Part shown: positions 25,288-32,000 of the stretch, one piece after another
Layout of the letters: each line of letters opens with the position of its first letter
Position numbering within the stretch: the stretch's first letter is position 1
Source: an uncultured Clostridiaceae bacterium
GTDB lineage: Bacteria > Bacillota > Clostridia > DUPQ01
Direction: 5' to 3'
NCBI GenBank assembly: GCA_964563155.1
Contig: CAZLVL010000001.1
Location: 46,121-78,120 of the forward strand
DNA: 32,000 bases
Translations under genes and position numbers: made by a program
Notes under the pieces: model-generated
What the model was told of the DNA's origin: nothing
The model's input: only the letters and a program-made list of their open reading frames with translations
Database searches by the model: none

Positions 25288-25314
25288 ATTAACATAATGA
25301 TCTTAATCTTTCAA
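25286..25314 (-). promoter_or_regulatory. promoter of the marR-yugP operon (TTGAAA -17 nt- TAATAT)
   Basis: On the minus strand TTGAAA lies at 25314-25309 and TAATAT at 25291-25286. Confidence 0.45.
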
Positions 25315-25597
25315 GATGGAAAAAGAGACTGCTAGGCAATCTCTTTGGGGGGAAAATTAATATCCAGGGATAGTGGTTATTAACTATATAATAGGGGAGG
25401 AATATGAACTCAATATTAAAAAATAGGTAAAAGTAGAAAAAAAGAAGAAAACTTAAGTTTTTTAAAGTTTTAAAACAATTACTTTTAATTTTTGCTAAAA
25501 ATAGGATAATTAGGCCTTATCCCCTATTAAAAAGATTGAATATAATTTAAAATATATGTATCATTATAATATTGAACATAGGATAGGAGATACTTTT

Positions 25598-26866
25598 TTG
25601 AGTACTGAAGATAGAATTATAATTAAGGGTGGTAAAAAGCTTGAAGGAAGTGTCACAGTAGCAGGTTCTAAGAACGCAGCAGTAGCAATAATATGCGCTT
25701 GTGCCATGGTAAAGGGTAAAGTAGTTCTAGAAAATATGCCTGAAATAATTGACATTAGAATTCTCTTAGACAGCTTAAAGTTAATGGGTGCCCAAGTAGA
25801 ACGAAGAAATAATAAAACAGTTGAAATAGATTCCACAAATATAAAAACACATATAGCAGATAATGCAGAATTAGGAATTTTAAGAGGTTCCTATTATTTT
25901 GTTGGAGCCCTACTTGGAAGATTCAAACAAGCAAAGGTTGTCTTTCCTGGTGGTTGCAACTTTGCTCCAAGACCTATAGATCAGCATGTATATAGCTTTG
26001 AGACTCTTGGAGCCACTGTTGAAACAACAGGTGGCTACATAACAGCCAAGGCAAGAAAGCTTCAAGGTGCCAATATCTTTTTTGATAACTTTTCTGTAGG
26101 AGCAACAATCAATGCTATTTTAGCTGCTACTTTGGCAGAAGGAACCACTACAATTGAAAACGCCACAAGAGAACCTCATGTGGTTGATGTAGCAAACTTC
26201 TTAAATATGATGGGAGCAGATATAAAGGGTGCAGGAACAAACACTATTAGAATTAGGGGTGTTAATGAATTAATTGGTGGTAAAACCTATTCTGTCTGCC
26301 CTGACATGATTGAAGCAGGAACCCTTATGATAGCAGCAGCTGCTACTAAAGGTACCATAACCCTCTTAAATGTAACTCCTGAACACTTAGAAGCCCTTTC
26401 AGCAAAACTAACAGAAATGGGAATTGTAATTGAAACCATGGATGACTCTTTAACTGTAAAGGCCAATGTTAAAAAACTAAAGGGTACTAATATTAAAACC
26501 ATGCCTTATCCAGGCTTTCCAACAGATTTACATCCCCAGATGGCAGCACTTTTGTCTGTAGCAGAAGGAGATAGTAAAATTATTGAAGGAGTTTTTCCTA
26601 CTAGATTTCAATATGTAGAACAACTTCATAAATTAGGGGCTAACATTCAATTAGGTGGAGGCTCTGCAACGGTTAAAGGAGTTTCTAAATTAATAGGAGC
26701 TCCAGTATCTCCAACAGACCTAAGAGCAGCAGCCTCTATGGTAATAGCAGGGCTAATGGCTGATGGACAAACTGTAATAAGTAATTTGATACACCTTGAT
26801 AGAGGATATGAAGAAATAATTGAAAAACTACAGTCACTAAAGGCTGCAATAGAAAGGAACAGTTAA
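25598..26866 (+). CDS. murA: UDP-N-acetylglucosamine 1-carboxyvinyltransferase
   Basis: IIKGGKKLEGSVTVAGSKNAAV, the active-site Cys loop PGGCNFAPRPIDQH, and the C-terminal DRGYE. The start is set at TTG 25598 after AGGAGA; the track ATG at 25556 adds 14 non-conserved residues. Confidence 0.92.
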   Translation: MSTEDRIIIKGGKKLEGSVTVAGSKNAAVAIICACAMVKGKVVLENMPEIIDIRILLDSLKLMGAQVERRNNKTVEIDSTNIKTHIADNAELGILRGSYYFVGALLGRFKQAKVVFPGGCNFAPRPIDQHVYSFETLGATVETTGGYITAKARKLQGANIFFDNFSVGATINAILAATLAEGTTTIENATREPHVVDVANFLNMMGADIKGAGTNTIRIRGVNELIGGKTYSVCPDMIEAGTLMIAAAATKGTITLLNVTPEHLEALSAKLTEMGIVIETMDDSLTVKANVKKLKGTNIKTMPYPGFPTDLHPQMAALLSVAEGDSKIIEGVFPTRFQYVEQLHKLGANIQLGGGSATVKGVSKLIGAPVSPTDLRAAASMVIAGLMADGQTVISNLIHLDRGYEEIIEKLQSLKAAIERNS

Positions 26867-26867
26867 T

Positions 26868-27923
26868 ATGAAATACTTAGACTTGATTAGAGACCTTACA
26901 AATGCAAACGGGATTTCTGGCTTTGAAGATGAAGTGGTTGAAGTGGTTAAAGCATACTCAAAATCCACATCTTTAGAAGTAGACTCTATGCAAAACATTT
27001 ACTTACCGAAAAAACAAAATACAGGCAATAGACCGGTAGTAATGGTAGACGGACACTCTGATGAAGTAGGCTTCATGGTTCAATTTATTAAAAGTAATGG
27101 ATTAATAAAATTTATACCTATTGGTGGCTGGCAAGATGCCAATGTTGCTGCACAAAAGGTTAGAATAAGAAATAAATGGGGAAAATATGTAAAAGGAATA
27201 GTTGCCTCAACTCCTCCTCACTTTTTATCTCCAGCCCAAAGAGATGCCGCTGTAAAAATTGATAATATGGTTATTGATGTAGGAGCTACCTCTAGAGAAG
27301 AAGTAGTAAATGATTTTGGAATAGAAATAGCAGCTCCCATAGTACCAGATGTAGACTTTTATATTAACGACAATAAAATCATGTGTGGTAAGGCCTTTGA
27401 TAACAGAATAGGAACAGCTGCAGTTATTGCTACCTTAGAAGATTTAGCCAATGAAGACTTGGATATTGATGTAGTAGGCACAATTTCAACTCAAGAAGAG
27501 GTTGGACTTAGAGGAGCAGAGGTTACTGTAAAAAAGGTAAACCCAGACTTAGCTATTGTCTATGAAGGCACACCAGCAGATGATACCTTTACTTCATCTT
27601 TTGAAACTCAAGCAGCCCTTAAAAAAGGTCCTCAATTGAGACACAGAGATGGCTCTATGATTATCAATCCAAAATTTATTGCTTATGCCCGTTTAGTGGC
27701 GCAAAAGAACAATATCCCCTTCCAAGATGCAGTAAGAGCTGGGGGAGGAACAAACGGAGGAAAAATCCACTTAGTCTCTGGTGCAGTACCTACCATTGTT
27801 ATTGGTGTACCTGTAAGGTATGCTCATACTCATTATGGCTATTGTTCATATGATGACTTTGTAAATTCAGTAGAATTAGGTAAAGCCATACTAAGAGACC
27901 TAAATAAGGATTTAAATTACTAA
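26868..27923 (+). CDS. M42-family metallo-aminopeptidase (FrvX/CelM-like)
   Basis: Metal-ligand motifs are DGHSDEVGF, AFDNRIG, QEEVGLRGA and YAHT. Confidence 0.88.
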   Translation: MKYLDLIRDLTNANGISGFEDEVVEVVKAYSKSTSLEVDSMQNIYLPKKQNTGNRPVVMVDGHSDEVGFMVQFIKSNGLIKFIPIGGWQDANVAAQKVRIRNKWGKYVKGIVASTPPHFLSPAQRDAAVKIDNMVIDVGATSREEVVNDFGIEIAAPIVPDVDFYINDNKIMCGKAFDNRIGTAAVIATLEDLANEDLDIDVVGTISTQEEVGLRGAEVTVKKVNPDLAIVYEGTPADDTFTSSFETQAALKKGPQLRHRDGSMIINPKFIAYARLVAQKNNIPFQDAVRAGGGTNGGKIHLVSGAVPTIVIGVPVRYAHTHYGYCSYDDFVNSVELGKAILRDLNKDLNY

Positions 27924-29387
27924 ATGAGAGCTTCTGGCATTCTACTTCCCATATTTAGCCTTCCATCTCCATATGGAATTGGCTCTTTAGGTAAGTCAGC
28001 CTTTGAATTTGTTGATTTTTTACATGAAGCAGGACAAAAATTCTGGCAAATTCTTCCCTTAGGACCAACCGGCTATGCAGACTCTCCCTATCAAAGCTTT
28101 TCTAGTTTTGCATCAAATGGATACTTTTTAGACTTAGACCTTCTTAAAGAAGAGGGTCTTCTTTTATCTTCAGAATATGAAAATATCCAATGGTCAGATA
28201 AGGAAAACAAGGTTGACTATGGAATTTTATACAATAAGCGCTATATGGTTTTGAAAAAAGCCATGGCCCGCTTTGACTTTGAAAAAAAAGACTTTAAAGA
28301 CTTTTCATATAACAACAACTATTGGCTGGATGATTATGGACTTTTTATGTCCTTAAAAGATCACTTTGAAGGAGAGCCCTGGCACAAGTGGCCAGAGGAT
28401 ATAAGAAATAGAAGTCAAAAGGCTTTAGAAGAATATGGAACCAGATTTTCACAAGATATATTACTCCATAAGTTTGTTCAATTTATGTTTTTTAAGCAAT
28501 GGGAGAACCTAAAGACCTATGCTAACAAAAAGAACATTTCCATAATAGGAGATATTCCCATTTATACCTCCTTAGATAGCTCTGATGTATGGTCAAGGTA
28601 TCATCTTTTCCAAACAGATAAAAATCGCAATATAAGTGCTCAAGCAGGAGTTCCTCCTGATGCCTTTTCAACCCAAGGCCAGCTTTGGGGCAACCCCCTT
28701 TATGATTGGGAAGAGATGGAAAAGGAAGACTTTTATTGGTGGAGACAAAGAATAAATATAGCTTCCCAACTTTATGACTATGTGCGAATAGATCACTTTA
28801 TTGGTATTGAAAGATATTTTTCAGTACCTGCAGATGCTACCACAGCAAAAGATGGTATATATAAAAAAGGTCCTGGCATGAAACTAATTAAGGCTATAGA
28901 CCAAGCTAAGGGAAATATGAAGATAATAGCAGAAGACTTAGGAGTACTTACAAAAGAGGTTGTGGACCTTTTAGAAGCTTCTACTTATCCTGGCATGAAG
29001 GTTCTTCAGTTTGCTTTTTCCCAAGACCCTTCAAATATCCACCTACCCACACATCATAAAATTAACTCTATTGCTTACACTGGAACCCATGACAATGACA
29101 CTACTAGATCTTGGCTTAAAGATATGACAAAAGCTGACAAGAAATTTTTAAAAACCTATTTAAATAAATCCTTTGTAAGAGTTAAAGATATAATCTTTGA
29201 AACCATGAAATCTGTTTCTTTCATATCTATTGTTCCAATGCAAGACTGGTTGAATCAAGATAAAAAAAGCAGGATTAATTATCCATCTGTAACTCATGGA
29301 AACTGGACATATAGGATTAGTAATAGAGACTTGAAAAAGAAACTAGCAGATAAAATATTGGACTTTACTAAAATAACCGGTAGATAA
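27924..29387 (+). CDS. malQ: 4-alpha-glucanotransferase (amylomaltase, GH77)
   Basis: GILLPIFSLPS, SPYQSFS, YVRIDHFIG (nucleophile Asp), IAEDLG (acid/base) and GTHDNDT. Confidence 0.93.
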   Translation: MRASGILLPIFSLPSPYGIGSLGKSAFEFVDFLHEAGQKFWQILPLGPTGYADSPYQSFSSFASNGYFLDLDLLKEEGLLLSSEYENIQWSDKENKVDYGILYNKRYMVLKKAMARFDFEKKDFKDFSYNNNYWLDDYGLFMSLKDHFEGEPWHKWPEDIRNRSQKALEEYGTRFSQDILLHKFVQFMFFKQWENLKTYANKKNISIIGDIPIYTSLDSSDVWSRYHLFQTDKNRNISAQAGVPPDAFSTQGQLWGNPLYDWEEMEKEDFYWWRQRINIASQLYDYVRIDHFIGIERYFSVPADATTAKDGIYKKGPGMKLIKAIDQAKGNMKIIAEDLGVLTKEVVDLLEASTYPGMKVLQFAFSQDPSNIHLPTHHKINSIAYTGTHDNDTTRSWLKDMTKADKKFLKTYLNKSFVRVKDIIFETMKSVSFISIVPMQDWLNQDKKSRINYPSVTHGNWTYRISNRDLKKKLADKILDFTKITGR

Positions 29388-29405
29388 CCGGTTATTCTTT
29401 CTTTT
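29373..29405 (+). terminator. intrinsic terminator overlapping the malQ stop codon
   Basis: ATAACCGGT, loop AGATA, ACCGGTTAT, followed by TCTTTCTTTT. Confidence 0.6.
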
Positions 29406-29455
29406 ACTTTTATTTATTTACTTACTTTTATTTACTTACTTCTATATATTTACTC
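29401..29455. repeat. T-rich short tandem repeat (TTTATTTACTTAC at 29413-29425 and 29427-29439, plus a degenerate third copy)
   Basis: Seen directly between the convergent malQ and phosphoglucomutase genes. The last degenerate copy overlaps the phosphoglucomutase stop. Confidence 0.7.
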
Positions 29456-31132
29456 TTCACATTTTTTTAAGTAATCATCCAAAGCTTGTTTAAAGTCTTT
29501 AGCTTTTTTACTGGCTTCTTCTTTGCTTTTTCCCATGGCATTTATGTAGGCCTTTAGTTTTGGTTCTGTTCCTGAAGGTCTTAGAGCATACCAAGAACCA
29601 TCTTCAAACTCATACTTTAGAGCATCTTGTGCTGGTAGACCTTCATAGCCATCTATATAGTCTTTTGTTAAGGAAACTAAATTATCTGAAATTTTTAAAA
29701 GAGGATTTTTTCTCCAGTTAGCCATTACAGCCTTTTTGGTCTTTTCTCCTTCAATACCAGGATACTCAATGGAAATTTGTCCTTCTTCCATATATCCAAA
29801 TCTTTGAGATATAGATTCTAAGGCCTGAAAGAGGGTTATACCTCTTTTTTTGTAATAACCTGCCATTTCACAAATCATCATTGCAGCACTTACAGCATCT
29901 TTATCCCTAGTAAATGTTTCTATACAATATCCTATACTTTCTTCATAACCAAAGACATAGCGATATTCACCAGTTATCTCAAACTCATTTGCTAGACCAC
30001 AGATATATTTAAAACCGGTTAGGGTCTCAAAGAAATTCATATCATAGTGCTTAGCAATCTTTGGAACAATAGAGCCACTTACTATGGATTGAATTACTGC
30101 GTCCTTAGGAGAATACATACCCTTTTCTTTTCTTTGGCTTAACATATAGTCTGCTAAAAGGGCCCCTGTTTGGTTTCCTGTGAAAAAGACATAGTCTCCT
30201 TTTTCTTTTTTAACCATTATGGCAATTCTGTCACAGTCTGGATCTGTAGCTAGAATTAAGTCTGCATCTTTTTTTCTTGCATACTCTAAAGGTATTTCAA
30301 AAACAACCGTATTTTCAGGATTGGGATAAGGGGTTGTTGGAAAGGTTCCATCAGGTCCTTTTTGTTCTTCTACTAAAGTTATCTTGTGAAAGCCCCTTCT
30401 TTTTAGTATCTGGGTAACTGGAACTAGGCCAGTACCGTACAAGGGGGTAAAGACAATTTCTAAACTCTTATCAATGTCATCATTGAGAGTTAAGCCCATT
30501 ATTTCATCTAAAAACTTATCATCCATATCCTTGCCTAAAAGAAGAATATCTCCCTTTGCAACCGCCTCATCAAAATCTACCAAAGGCACATCATCAAAGG
30601 GGTCTATGTGGGTAATAAGTTCTGCTATTTCATCAGCAATATCATCTAACACCTGAGAGCCTTCTTGCCAATAGACCTTAAATCCATTGTATTGTTTAGG
30701 GTTATGGCTAGCAGTTATATTTATACCTGCTACAGCTCCTAGTTGTCTTATGGCATAGGATAATTCAGGGGTAGGTCTTAGGCTTTCAAAAAGCCAAACC
30801 TTTATACCATTAGCTGCAAAAATAGAGGCACATTGCCTAGCATAGACATCAGAGTTTATTCTACAGTCATAGGCTATTACTGCCCCTCTGTCTTGCATCT
30901 TGTTATTTACAACATACTGGGCTAGCCCTTGGGTGGTCTGCCCTATGATATATTTATTCATACGGTTGGTACCAGCCCCCATCACGCCTCTTAGGCCTGC
31001 TGTTCCGAAATCGAGAGTTTTATAGAACCTATCTTCAATTTCTTTACTATCACCCTTTATACTTAAGAGTTCTTCTACAGTTTCGGTATCTGCTTTTTCC
31101 AACCATTGATTATAAATATTCATGTATGTCAT
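29450..31132 (-). CDS. phosphoglucomutase/phosphomannomutase-family phospho-sugar mutase (PgcA-like)
   Basis: 560 aa with the phosphoserine loop [11 protein letters not shown], the metal loop [10 protein letters not shown], and the sugar loop GYEESIG. Confidence 0.9.
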   Translation of the reverse strand: MTYMNIYNQWLEKADTETVEELLSIKGDSKEIEDRFYKTLDFGTAGLRGVMGAGTNRMNKYIIGQTTQGLAQYVVNNKMQDRGAVIAYDCRINSDVYARQCASIFAANGIKVWLFESLRPTPELSYAIRQLGAVAGINITASHNPKQYNGFKVYWQEGSQVLDDIADEIAELITHIDPFDDVPLVDFDEAVAKGDILLLGKDMDDKFLDEIMGLTLNDDIDKSLEIVFTPLYGTGLVPVTQILKRRGFHKITLVEEQKGPDGTFPTTPYPNPENTVVFEIPLEYARKKDADLILATDPDCDRIAIMVKKEKGDYVFFTGNQTGALLADYMLSQRKEKGMYSPKDAVIQSIVSGSIVPKIAKHYDMNFFETLTGFKYICGLANEFEITGEYRYVFGYEESIGYCIETFTRDKDAVSAAMMICEMAGYYKKRGITLFQALESISQRFGYMEEGQISIEYPGIEGEKTKKAVMANWRKNPLLKISDNLVSLTKDYIDGYEGLPAQDALKYEFEDGSWYALRPSGTEPKLKAYINAMGKSKEEASKKAKDFKQALDDYLKKCEE

Positions 31133-32000
31133 CTTTGCACCCTTCCTGAACCATCGCCCTTCATCAATTTTTTCACTTCATCTACACCAAAGCGAGAAAA
31201 GTCTCCATAAATTGAATGCTTCAAGCAACTTGCAGCAACTGCAAACTCTAATGCATCCTTTTTATCCTCATAATTATTTAAACCATATATAAGTCCAGCA
31301 CAGAAGGAATCTCCTCCTCCTACTCTGTCTACGATATCTGTCAGATCATATTTTTTGCTTACATAAAAGTCTTTTCTGTCATTGTAGCAGGCTCCCCAAA
31401 CATTGATGTTAGCGTTAATGCTTTCTCTCAAGGTTATGGCAATCATTTTCATGTTAGGATAAATCTCTAAAACCTTGTCAGATAAGTCCTTGTATCTTTC
31501 TTCATCTAGACTACCCTTTGTTACATCCTCATCATTTTCTATTCCCAAAGACTTTTGTACGTCCTCTTCATTGGCAATACAAACATCCACATACTTCAGC
31601 AATTCAGGCATAACATCCTTGGCTTCTTTTCCATACTTCCAAAGATTGGCCCTAAAGTTAAGGTCTGCTGAAACAGTAAGACCCATTTCTTTTGCTGCCT
31701 TAAGTGCCTCAAGACTAGTATCTGTGGCGTTTTGTGTTAAAGCAGGTGTTATTCCTGTTATGTGAAACCAATCTGCATTTGCAAATGCTTTCTTCCAATC
31801 AATATCGCCAGGTTTAACCTGAGCTATTGAAGAATACTCTCTGTCATAAATGACCTTTGAGGGTCTTTGCATAGCCCCTGGTTCTAAAAAGTATATGCCT
31901 ACTCTTCCAGGTGCAAATAGGATATCTGATGTATCCACTGAAAAACTCTTTAATTGTCGTATACAAGCTTTAGCAATATCATTATTAGGTAAAACTGTTA
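31129..32000 (-). CDS. kdgK: PfkB-family sugar kinase, 2-dehydro-3-deoxygluconokinase-like; 5' end lies beyond the window end
   Basis: [13 protein letters not shown] is the PfkB signature 2. The frame stays open upstream of the GVDTS region with no stop between 31938 and 32000, reading [20 protein letters not shown]. The track's start is therefore an internal GTG. The stop overlaps the mutase start (ATGA). Confidence 0.78.
   Translation of the reverse strand, partial: TVLPNNDIAKACIRQLKSFSVDTSDILFAPGRVGIYFLEPGAMQRPSKVIYDREYSSIAQVKPGDIDWKKAFANADWFHITGITPALTQNATDTSLEALKAAKEMGLTVSADLNFRANLWKYGKEAKDVMPELLKYVDVCIANEEDVQKSLGIENDEDVTKGSLDEERYKDLSDKVLEIYPNMKMIAITLRESINANINVWGACYNDRKDFYVSKKYDLTDIVDRVGGGDSFCAGLIYGLNNYEDKKDALEFAVAASCLKHSIYGDFSRFGVDEVKKLMKGDGSGRVQR

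Noticed and set aside
25398-25430. Mini-ORF MNSILKNR after GGGGAGG in the marR-murA spacer
   Set aside because: The SD-to-ATG spacing is about 3 nt. It sits immediately after a TATAAT-like string with no credible -35, and there is no downstream coupled gene for about 170 nt.
25497-25533. Hairpin AATAGGATAA-TTAGGCC-TTATCCCCTATT flanked by A/T runs, possibly an orphan minus-strand terminator between marR and murA
   Set aside because: The stem is AT-rich with a 2-nt bulge, and no transcription unit would feed into it. It is indistinguishable from chance in this AT-rich spacer.

Overview
Low-GC (roughly mid-30s % by eye) chromosomal segment, Firmicutes/Clostridia-like in gene content, consensus sigma-A promoters and AGGAGG-type ribosome-binding sites. 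All protein calls come from motifs I recognise in the supplied translations; no database search was run. Housekeeping genes fill both flanks. Left flank: nrdD 5' part, tktAB-tatD-rsmA operon, YitT/TPR membrane pair, sdaA, tRNA-Val and tRNA-Thr. Right flank: ECF S-component, zinc-ribbon membrane protein, marR-yugP, murA-M42 peptidase-malQ, phosphoglucomutase, kdgK 5'-truncated by the window edge. The middle (about 8.3-22.5 kb) looks like a mosaic accessory island for intracellular glycan use. It holds an AraC regulator, a GH2 glycosidase, a GPH sugar:cation symporter, a large GH20b-like putative glycosidase, a right-handed beta-helix protein and two uroporphyrinogen-decarboxylase-family (MT2/MtaA-like) paralogs that keep an HSCG motif. 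A truncated IS30-like transposase remnant and a small redox-flavoured set (109-aa Cys-rich protein, NUDIX hydrolase, ArsC/Spx-family CxxC protein) interrupt it. I found no CRISPR array, no rRNA, no recognisable defence or toxin-antitoxin system and no convincing riboswitch. The points most worth a second look are the URO-D/MT2-like paralogs inside a glycoside locus with no corrinoid protein, the uncharacterised 767-aa GH20b-like enzyme, the 109-aa Cys-rich ORF, an orphan promoter-plus-terminator unit (candidate sRNA), and a 21-bp-phased direct repeat next to the GH2 promoter. None amounts to a demonstrated novel system from sequence alone.
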